DNA from: a virus
IMG/VR virus record: IMGVR_UViG_3300038558_000079
Location: 1-64,000 of that record
Reading direction: 5' to 3' (one strand)
DNA length: 64,000 bases
Shown piece by piece: positions 47,432-59,400 of this stretch; positions within the stretch are counted from its first letter, which is position 1; the number at the start of each line of letters is the position of its first letter. A model generated the notes under the pieces. It saw nothing but the letters and a program-made list of their open reading frames with translations. It was not told the DNA's origin and made no database searches. A program made the translations under genes and the position numbers.

Positions 47432-50400
47432 TTAAATACCGTGTGTAGCTCGATATGATGGCGAATTTAACATTCTGTCAGATATGTACTTAGCACCTTG
47501 TTCAGCACCCTGTTGAGCCGCTTTCCGAGCCAAGTCTTCACCCTGAGATTTAGTCAGGTACTCAACTCCATTAATGACTTGTGTCTCCAGTTTGACATTT
47601 ATATCTTTAGGACGTGAAGCATTCTCTATAACCTTATCTGCACTTCCCCCATACTCGGTAGTTTTGGGGACATAGCCTACCATGCCACCATCATTGAAGT
47701 TTAGGATGTCAACACCACCCAGCTTGTCAAGATTCTGAGTTTGGGCTAAATTGAGTACACGCTCACCATGGGTTAGAGCCGCGATCGCTACCCCACGCCC
47801 CCCATTAAGTGATTTCTCGCGATCGATAGCATCAATTATCCCACCCTGAGCATAGTTACCTACTATGCCACCATTCCAGAAAAAACTACCTAGTAAAGAG
47901 CTAGCAATACCTACAATTCCCCCTAAACCACCACCGCCAACCATCCCACTAACACTAGCAAGAATACGTCCTATTCCGCCCCCACCACTGTTCTTACCAT
48001 CACCTGAGAATAAACTACCAATCCCACTTACGATACTTCCAAATCCACCTTTACCACTGAAAAAACTACCTAGTGCATTAGTGATAGGACTAAGAGCATC
48101 GGGTGCGCTTTTGATGATTCCTACGGGGACTGGATTCGCGCTATCAACTTTACCAGTGAATCCTGAGAATGTAGACGCTAGGAAGCTTGTAGTGGAATCT
48201 TCTTTGCCACCAAACATACTACCTAGAGTGCCATTATTCAATCCCCCGAAAGTATTACCATTTACTACATTTACATACACAGGTAACACCGGGGTAGTAC
48301 CCAGTTCACTACCGCCGTCTAATAGCGATAAAGGGTTAGTATCCCCACTATCGCCTTGTTCAAACATCCCACCTTGCCCTTCATTCTTGTTACCACCCAG
48401 TAAACCACCAAACAATTTCTCCACTAGGTAGTTACTAGCTATCTCAGCGACTGAACCTAGTATGGAGTCCATTAATCCGTTGAATAACTCCTCTATGCTT
48501 TGACCACCCTTAATGATGCCAGCAAAGAATCCCTTCAATCCTGTTTGTACAGTATCTATAACTGGCTTGAAGGCGTTAAAGTTATCCTTAACAGTGTCAA
48601 GTTTAACCTGGTTAATCTGCTCTAAGTTCTGTCTTAACTTGTCAGCTTCTATAGCACCAACTTGTGTTGTTCTGATGAATTCTTCGAGTTCTATCTTTTG
48701 CCCTCTATAAGCACTTTGTTGTTGTAATATTGCACTGTCACGTTGTAATGTGCGTGCTTTATTGGTCATACCACGGTTAGAGTAGAAGCTAGCTTGAGTC
48801 TCTAAGAGTTCTACCTGTGAGCCTGATACACGTTGCGATATCGTCTCTGTTCTTTGAGCTAGCGCTTTATCAAATTCCCCCTTAAGGTTATCAAGTGTTA
48901 AGTTGTTAAGTTCTCGAATTCTTAACTCTAATTCTGCTATTTCTTCTTGAGACTTACCAGTTGAATTGGCGAATTCCTTCATGTCGAGTATCTGTTTCTC
49001 AACACTAATCTCAAGTTCTTTCTTGTCAACCTCAAATTTTAACTTTATCGGGTCACCTTGTTGTAGTCCCAAATTTATCGCTTGTGTAGTAGTATCAACG
49101 ATTTGCTTCTGATATTGTAACTCCTGTTCTTTAATGCTTAGAATAACCTTTGATTGTGATATCTGACTAGCAAAAGCAGTCTGTTGTGCTTGTGCATTTA
49201 TGTTCTGAATTTTAACGTCATATTCACTCTGTTTCTCAGCATTAAGTTTTGTAATTTCTTCAGGCGTTCTTTTCCCTTCAAAACCCGCTTGTTCAATTGC
49301 AGCTAACTCTTGTGCTAATTGCAGTTCAGCTTCGCGCAATGCAACTCGCTTCTCTAATTCCCCGATAGCATTATTGGCTAATTCGGGTGATAGTGGGTTA
49401 GTCTGTGCAAGTGTCTTTAATTGTTCAATCCGGACTTTATCATTAGCAATCTCAGCTTGTACCAATTCCTGTCTGGCTTCCCTATCCCGTGCTTCACTCT
49501 CACGTAGGAAAGCTAACTTAGCATTTTCAGTTTTCTGTTTAAGGGTAACGTCTAATATCTTCTTACGCTCTCCAATTTCAGCACGTAATCTGTCAGCCTC
49601 TTCTTTGGTATACTCCTTAGCTTTTTCCTTGTCTTGGATTCCCTTAAGTTGTTTCTCAAGATTTAACTGTTCTTCTCTAGCACTTATAAGCGCTTCTAAG
49701 TCTGGTATGCCCTTCACATCGGGTGAAAATGGCGCTGTACTCTTTAGTTGTTGCAATTGGTCTAATTTAGCCTTCAAGGTGTCGATACTCGCATTCTCGA
49801 TATCAAAGCTAGCCTGTTGCTTGCGTGCCTTTTCTTCAGCAGCGAAGCGGTCATCTAGTAGCTTTTTAGATTCCTCACGCCCCTTGCGTACATTTTCTAA
49901 CCCTATGGTTAATTTCTTGAGTTGGTCTTCACCCTCTGTAACCGCACGATTGAGAATATTCTTACCGTCATCTCCCAAAACACCCGTGGTTAGTGCGGTT
50001 CGTAATTGCTCTCTAAGGTTCTCTTTAATAGTCGGGTCATCTATGAGCTTCTGTACCTTCTCACGCATCTCAGGAGATACAACACCTCCTTTACTGAGAA
50101 GTACCCTAGCAGTACCTATCTGTGATTCTATCGCTCTCTTTTGTTCAACAATACTATTTTCTAGTTCTGTGTACTTAGTCTCTAATTGTCGTTGTTCTTG
50201 TTGTCGTTTCTGTTCATTATCTAAGGCTCCTTTGTATTCCAAGTTAGTATCAGTGACTTGATTACTCAAGCTGCTAACCTTAATCCCGTTTTGACGTAAC
50301 TCTCTCTCTAAATCTAGAAAGGCTTTATTGCTAGCTCGTAATGCATTGGCGGTATTTTGAGCGGCTTCATTACTAGCTTTCTGACGTGCTAATTCTACTT

Positions 50401-53400
50401 GACGATCGCGTTGTTGTTCGGCACGTCCGGTGACATCTGATATAGCAGTATTGCCTCTAGTCGCTATACTACCTGGTGTCCAGACGGTTGGGACTGGTGT
50501 GTTTGCTACTTGAGGTATTTGTACATTTGCGGTATTATTAGGAGTGTTTTTCTGTTGTGTAGGTAATCCCCCCTTCAGATAACTCACTAATTGATCTGCT
50601 AAACCCGGATTCCGCTTCCACCCATCATCTACACCTTGCCAATTTGAACCACCAAGTTTATTTGCTTGCATCCATCGAATAAGATCAGCGCCATCTTTAA
50701 TGCGACCCGACTGAACAGCCTCGATAACTTTACTACCGTAATCGCCAATCCCTTTCTGTGAATTAGGTAAACGACGTTCACCAGCTAATATTTGCCCAAA
50801 GAAGTTCTGGTATTTCTCAGGAGTATTGATTATTTCTTTGTGATAGGCATTATTAAATTGTCCAAACCCTTGCATATTGTTGCCTGTACCACCTTTATAG
50901 GTGTAGAAAGCACGGCGGTTTGTACCCTTCTCAAATGCTTCAGATCCACCTATACCTAATGCAAGCACTAACCTCCCACGACCTTCAGCAGTAGACGGGT
51001 CAAAATATTTATTCTGACTTAATTGACCACCCAATTCGTTCAGAGCCTCGTACCCTTTGCCTAATTTTGGAGCGCCACCTTGATTGACAACCCTCTGGGG
51101 TATATTGGGTGAGACAGAAGTATTTCTCCCCTGTAGCTGAGAAACAACATCATTACTTGCAGATGTAATTTGTGAACGGTTTCGTGTACTGTCGCCTTGG
51201 TTTTTATAAGCAGTAATAATTACTTGCCTACCGTTAATATTGGCAAGTCCTACATTTCCCGTAACCCGGCTATTATTACCTATTTTTCCCCCTGATTCAC
51301 CACTAAAGCCAAAATTCCTAGTTTGTCCTAAAGCCGCCCTTGCAGTATCCGCAGCACCACCTTGATTAATTTGCAAATTTCTCATTGCTTTTGTTACATC
51401 GGCTGGTGTAGACGTGTTGCCAAAAGCATTAGTAGCACCAGGGATACTCAAATAATTCCGAATTTGAGTCCCTGTAAAACCTCGTTTTTGTGCTTGTGCT
51501 GTAGCCGCTTCTGTACCACCCAGTATGCCAACTAAAGCGTTAAAACTTGTGTTATCAGAATCACGAAGCATACGAGTCATTAAATCTCGTATAGAAACCT
51601 TCTGACCGGCTTGTATTGAGGAGCCTTCAGCTACCTGGTTTTTCGCAATAGTCACACTTTGGTCTAATGATACTTTTCCCTCTTTAATTGCAGCATGTAT
51701 CAAATCGGCGGCAATTAACTTTATAGTTGACGCTGGTGAACTTGGGGCTTGATTTGCATTATATGTACCTAATATCTCTCCACTTTTTACATCTTGTACC
51801 AAGAGAGAGTTTAGCCCATATTGACTTGCTATTTGTGAAGCATTAATGCCTTGGCGTTGAGATTGATTCTGTTTTACTTGTGTTGCACTTCCACCGTGAT
51901 TATGCCCATCACCAGGATGATGTTGTTCAATTTGCCCTTTTTGTGCTGAACTTAAACCTCTACCATTTCTACCTGCTAAGAACTCAGTAGGGTTAACATT
52001 CTTCCCATTAATCCATGTTTCGTAGTGTAAATGCGCCCCCGTACCAATCCCCGTTGAGCCAACTTTACCAATCTTGTCACCAGCATTTAATTTTTGTCCT
52101 TCCACCACATCATAAGCCGACAAGTGGAAAAACTTATGCTCAATTTTACGACCATGCTCATCGATTGACTCGACTACAACATATTTACCAGCGCCACCAG
52201 CCTGATACTTGACACCAGTAACTACCCCTGCCATGGGTGATACCACTTGTGTCCCTTCACCATACCCGTAATCTTGCCCACGGTGCATTCGTGTTTGTCC
52301 AGTTACTGGATGCCGTCTCATCCCCCAAGGGCTAGTTTTTCTACTTTCGGCTTGTGCTGCGGTAACACCTGCTATCGGAAAGACTGGTTGGCTTGCGTTC
52401 CCTACGGGTGGTTTTTCACCTATACCTAAAGCATTCTGAACAAAACCAATACCTTGCTGTACAACATTACCAGCAGTCTGCATTGCACCTTGTCTAAAGC
52501 TAACGACGCTCTGGGTTACACTTTCAAGTTGTTGACCCCAGCTATTAAATATTTGTCCAATGATATTTAGAATGGGGATATTGTTAGCAAAAGTGCTAAA
52601 CCAATCCACTGTATTCTTAATAATTTCCTGAATGCTAAGAGGTAGTGAATCCAGGGCTACCTTAAGCTCGTTCTCAATCACTCCACCAACATTACTGATC
52701 TCAGTGCCCCAATTAATAGTAGCTGCTGTCACATTGCCAGTTGCCTCTAAAGATGCGAATAGACTATCATTTGTAGCAATAACGGCATCATTATTACTAT
52801 TGATACTATCGGTGTTAGTCTCGATCGCAAAACCTAAATCAGAAGCTGTAAAAGTGGTATTAAGTAGTTCTGAGCCTAATCCCTGAGTTGCATATATCCC
52901 ATCTTCTGTAGTAGCTACTGTCTGCTGGATAGTATCGCCAAAGTCCAGACTACCTAACGTTACATCTTGAAATGCAGACGTTAGGTCATTTGTAGCACTC
53001 TCACTATCCTTTATAGTGTCTTTAGCCTCTAGTAAGCCATTATTGAAAGCCTTAGTGATATCAATAAATTTATTATCTATCCCTATCTTACTCAAGTCTA
53101 ACTCTATCGGGATTGCTGGGATATCAATACTACCTTTAGCTGAAATACCAGGTAATTGTCGGCGTAATTCCTCACCCTGTCTTAGGGAATCTTCAAAAGC
53201 ATTATTAGCCTGTAATGCAGCACTTCCTACATCAAACTGTTTATCGGCGGCTTCTGAGAGTTGTTGGATACTTTCTATTACCGAATCTGCAAATTGAGAT
53301 ACTATATTATCCTGAAACCCAGAAATAGAAGTTTTGATATCGGTAGCATAAGACTGTATTTTTAACTGGCTAGTTTGACGTTGTGCCTCAAGACTAGATT

Positions 53401-56400
53401 CTGCAAACTGTCTAGATGCACTACGGTAATATTCTTCTATTTGTTTGTTTAATTCGACTAACTTTTGATTAAATTCATACTTACCTTGTTCTACTCCAGC
53501 TTGTAGGTTAGAAATTTCTACAGAACGCTCTTGAAGTGCTGCATACTGGTCAATAACATACTTGTCATTAACTCTCTCACCTGCTTTTTCTGATATAGTC
53601 TTAAGTTCAGCGCGTCCGGTATTCTCAGTAATACCATAGGCTTGTAGTGTATTCTGAGCATCCTTATTCTGCAACAGCGCTTTAGTCTGTGCTTGTGCAT
53701 CAAGTAAACGCTTAATTTTTGCCTCTTGCTGTTGAATATCAAGTTCGCTTAAACCAAATTGCAACTCCCCCTGAGTCTTGGAATTAGTGTATAAGCTGGA
53801 CTTTAAAGTATTTCCTGCAACAGTAGCCTTATCTTCAGCATCAGCTAATTTATCAACTACACCTTGTATGTTTTTCTGCATTAATGAGAAAGCATTAACA
53901 GATTCGCCAACAGCGCGATTAAATTTATCTTGTGCTTTCTGTGCTGACGTTAGATCGCTTTCTAGTCCTGCTAGTACATTCTTATATTGCGCCTGATTCC
54001 TACCAGGTTCATTGGCTAATTTTTGATATTTCTCAATCTCCTTTTTGAGCATATCAACATTAGTCTGCATATTGGACTGTAATATTCCAATAGGTTTAGA
54101 TATTTTTTCTCTCGCCTCTAGTATTTTTGTTTGTTCATCATCAATAACTTTAAGTCCAGCCTTATCTTGAGGATTTATAGCTACTAATGCCGCGCGTCGT
54201 GTCTGTATCTGTCTGAGTTGGTCATCATACTGCTTTAATTGTCCCAACTCTCTAACACCTTGCCCCTTGGTTCCTAAGAGGCTTAATGCTTCTGAAGTTG
54301 TAGCATTAACACCTAAGCTTAAGTCAGATGTGGCATTAATGTTATCTCCCAACTTCTTGTCTTCATAGGTTGAACCCACTCTACCACCTGACAGTTTTTT
54401 AAGTAAGTTTGCAGGCGACTCGATTAAACCTGTAACTGCTTTCCCGGTTCCAAATCTTAACTTATCAAACCAGTTAGCATCAGCTTTAATTTCCTTGGGT
54501 AATAACGCACCTATCCCCATTGCATCTAGCAAGGATTCATCGCGTACTAGCTTAGTAGCTTTAAATTTTTCGGTTTCCCCTCTACTTTCTGCTAGCGCTT
54601 CCCTGTACTTTTGCAAACTCTCAGTAGCGGTATCGGCAAAGTTCCTAGAATCTCCAGAGGCATCCTTGAAAGCAGCACTAATGCCTTCAAATACTTTCAT
54701 CCCTACTTCGATTACTACGAACATAGTTAGCATAGGTGCGAGCGCTGACAGCAATGCCCTAGCACCCGATGCTAATCCTATAAATCCCGCAACACCATTG
54801 ATTAGCGCCGCTTTACCAAATGCCCTAACTCCAATAGCACCTCTAGTAAAATTAGCACCAATGTTAGAAATTCCATTTTTCTGTAGGCTTAGTAGTCCAC
54901 CATTTAACGCTGACAATCCACCTTTCGCATTATCCAGCATAGCAACGCCGAAGTTCTTAGCACTTGACAGGACATTACTAGCACCCGATCTTAGAGATTG
55001 TACCGGGTTAGCTCTAATGTTCTGTAACGTGTCTCCTATCCCGTCTACTAGTTGTGTGGCCTTAAGTTTGTTATCACCATTTCCTAGTATTTTCTGGAAT
55101 GTTCCCATAGCGGCACTTGCTGCACTCGCAACACCCGGAATTTTCATTAACGCAGCGGTTAACGCTCCAAAAGATTGGAATAGGTTAACTCCAGCCATTA
55201 CAGCGAGCGCACGAAAAACACCTAGCAGAAAATCTGCGTTTTCAGTCACAAACTTGATAGCTCCGCTACCTAGTGCTAATAGCAAATTTTTGATTGGTAA
55301 CAGTGTCTTGCCAATTGTTGCTTGCATCTGAAATAACGCATTATTGAAATTTATTAATGCAGACACTGAACTATTAGCCGCTCCTTTGACACCCATCGCA
55401 GTTTCGGCGCTTAGTTGTTGAGCAAACTTAGGTAGAAAATCTTCTGACAGTAACTTACCTTGACTCATCATCTTGTCTAGAGTTTGTGTTGTTACACCTA
55501 TCGCTCTAGCTGCAATGTTGAACGCACCAGGTAAAACTTCTCCCAATTGTTGTCTTAATTCCTCAGCGCTTACCTTGCCTTTTCCAGCCATTTGTTGGAC
55601 AGCAGCAAAAACTCTACTCTGTTGTTCTGAATTCAAGTCATAAACAGTGCTAGCTTGTGATACACCACTAAATATCTTCTGTGTCTGACTTTCCAGTGCG
55701 GTGTCCCGCGTTGCAGCCCCTAATGAAACATATCCTTCCATTGAGGACTTCATGTCGGTTCCCAAACGCGCCGTTTCCCCCCTAACAAATGCCAAGCTAT
55801 TAGCAGCCTCTTGAGCATTGTTGCTGATAAATAGGAATCTACGCTCTAAAGATTCCATGGCTATAGCGGCTTCAATTGATGCGGGTGCAATGCTGGTTAT
55901 TATATTCTGGAAAAATTGTACCCCTTTAAATGCCAGGAAACCACCTACTAAACCTTTAAGACCATCTATCAAAATGCCAGCAATACCGCTTCCTTTAAAT
56001 AGCGCATCAAAGAATGTATTTACTTGTGGTACTGCAACATTGAGAGACTTGAAGATATCTTGAGTTGCAATATTTAACTCTTGTAACTCTTGGGTTTCTT
56101 CAGGGGTTATCGTAGTCTTGCGAGTTAATTCTAAGGCTCTATTATTGTTAGCTACTAATTTATCTTTATAGACTAATAATCTATCCGATTCTTCTTTGTC
56201 CCCTCTTAATTCCGCTTCATTAGCCGATACTACCAGGTTAGCAATTAAGGACGGCGTGTGCATCTTTAATATCTCTGTCTGTTTCCTAACCCTAGCTGCT
56301 ATGCCACCAAACAAATCTGCTAGTGCTACCCCAACAGAATTAGTAAATTTGTTTCCTGCGTTTTGTGTAACCTGCTGTACTTTCTCAGGACTAATAAGAG

Positions 56401-59400
56401 GAGAAGTATTAACTACATTACCTTTTAATTCTTGTTTGTCTAAAAGTTTTGCATTTTCCAAATAAACTTTTAGGCTTTCTAATTCGTGTTGTGACAGTTC
56501 TAACTCATCACCAGACTGTATGCTTGCTTCGGCTTTTGCCAGAAGTTGCTGGTACTCTACCTGTCTTTCCTCAAGGTATTTTTGAGCCGCTTCAAATTGT
56601 TGCTTCTCATGCTCATCGAAGCTAGCCATAGCTTTATCTATATCGCTAGTTGTTCGATTTGCTGAGGCATTATAAACATGAGACATAGCAGCAGCAGCAT
56701 TGGCATTGGCTTTATTACTCTGGCTTATACTGCGTCTGTTCTCTAGGTTGCCTACAATACCTTCTACTTTCTGTTTGCCAGTTTCTACCATTTTTTCTGT
56801 AAAACTTGGCACAGTATTTACAGCGTTAATACCTTTATTAAACCCTTCTACTACAAAGCGCCCTAAACGTTCAAATACCTTAGATGGACTTTGTATCTCC
56901 AGTTCTTTTTTAGCCGACTTTGTAACACCTTGCGCTAACTCAATAGATGCAAGTTCAGCACTTGGTATCGACTTTTCAATACCTTGACTTAACCCTGTTC
57001 CTAAGTTCTCTAACCCATAACTTTGAGCAAATTTAGCATCCCAATCATCGATGTCTCCAGTTTGCACATCAGGAGTAATATCTTCTAAGTCAATATTTGC
57101 CGCTTCCTGTGCAAGTAAGCTATCCCAGTCATAATCATCTATTTGTTTTGCATAATCATCAACAACTACCTTTGTCCCTTGTTCTATTGATTCCGCTATC
57201 TTATCAGGGACAAAGCTTAAATCCTTGGATAACTTGGGGTTTATAGGAGTTTCTTTAATTACCTGTTGATGGATCTCAGGTACTTTAATTTCAGGAATTT
57301 GCTCAACTATCGGGGATTCAATCTCAGGTATTTTAATCTCAGGCAATTCAAGCGAATCAGTCCCAATATCACCGAGGACAAAACCCTCTATATTTTTAAT
57401 AATACCACTTAGCTGTAAGCTTGCACCTTTAAGATATTTCTTAACACTATCTTCTAAGTCTCGACTCAATAATTCCTGAATTGTTTGGTAGTCATCTTGG
57501 ATTTCCTCAAAGCTAATCTGAGGAATTTCCTCTTGTTTGATAGCATTCAACGCACCCCGCGCCGCTGTAATTCTACCCTGTAGATGCGGCTTAAGCGCAT
57601 CAGGTGTGGTAACTAACTGATCGGTCTTAGAGATGATACTTTTTTGGTGTGGTGTAAGTTGTGGAATTGTTGACCTGAGTTTTTTGAGGTCAACGTTGTT
57701 AACTAATCTTGCCGCTATTTGTTCCTTAGTACCACTTGAACCAACACCATGGCTTTTGGCTATATTTTTTAGCTCATCCTTGCTGGTGTAACTACCTGTA
57801 AGTTGCTTCAGTAAATCCTCACGGCTGCCACCTAATAACTCGGTGTGTACCTTGTTAGCAAATTGGCTAGCACTGAATGTTGTCTTTTCAATTAGAACCT
57901 GTAAGTCTTTATATAATTTATCCAGTTCATCTTGTGGCAAAATATCTATATTTTTAAGTCTCTCTAGATAAGGCTCAAAAATCTTATATAGATTATCAAA
58001 TTTTGCTTCTAATAATTTCCCAGTCCCAGATGTGTCATAGGTAGCGTTCTTATTGTTCTCTATTAGTTGTTTATATTGCTCTACTTGTATTTTGCCTAAA
58101 TCGTTTAAGAGTTTACCTCCTCCGCTACCTGCTAGTTGCCCAATATTGCGGAGGCTTGTCTTTCTTTGGATATTAGATATTATTTTCTCTCTATTTCTGT
58201 TCGTAAAAACGTAAGCGTCTTGTTCTATTTCTCTAGAAAATGCTTCTCGTTCTGTATCCCCCTTAAAATTACTTGCCGATCCTTCCACCCTTCGCGCCAA
58301 CTTTGGATCTAGTTCGTAATCTTCTACCGTCGGCTTGAGTAATTTACGCGCCGATTTTAGCTCTTGGAATAAATCTATTTTACCAAAATCGCTTTGCATC
58401 CCATGTGTAAGTTCATGGATCAATGTCTCTAAATTTTCTGGTGTTGCATTCCCCTTAATGAGTTGTGCCAATACATCTTTCTGTACTTTTAAAACGTTAT
58501 TCTCGCTAGAATAAAACCCCGTTGCCTTTATCCCCTTCTTTTTATAATCTTCAATTTCTTCATCCGAAAAAGCCTTCAAGGTAGGAATTTGCTCAGGACT
58601 TATACTAATTCCAGCTATAGCCGCAACTTCATCTATAACATCCTGATACTGTTTAGGTTGTTTTTTGACTTTCTTGGTTGTACCACTAGTTTTTCCCCCC
58701 CGCTCTAGTGCTTTAATAGCATCATCAGCTTGCTTCTCATACACCGTAACCTGAGCATTCATGGCTTCCATTAACTTCAATGCAGAAGCCATTTCTTCTT
58801 TACTGCTAAAGTCCAAAGTCCTGAGTTTAGCAAATAATTTCTTATATTCCGTCCCTATATTTTTAACATTTCCAGTAGAAATAGTTTTCTGAATTTCCGC
58901 TATATTATTCCTACCTCCAGAATTCTTAACTACAGTTGCTTCTGCTAAGGGCACTGATGCTTCTGCTCTCTGTATGAAAGCTAACTCTTGTTTGTTTAAC
59001 CTTTCAAGATCGGCCTTCACATTAGTGATTAAATTTTCTAATTCTTTCCTGTTAAGAACTTCTTTTTCGATAAGAGCTTTTGCTGCTAAGATGGTATCAT
59101 CATCAGAATCAGATAGTGCATTCTTAAGTGCCTCTTGATATTTCAATACTTTCTTATTAGAGGCTTCCAAGACTTTCTCTGCTTTAGTAAGTTTGGTGTT
59201 CAAGTCTTCACGTTGCTTACCAACAGCTTCTTTCTTCTCACTTATAGCGAGGGTGCGTAATATTCTAGCACCTTCTAATCCTTTAGCACCTTTTACACCG
59301 ACTAGATCTAAAAGATGTTCTAATTTTTGTTTCTCTCCACCTAACTTTTCTACCCTCTCCCTGACAGCCTCTATCTGCTTTTCTACTTCGCCTAACTGTT

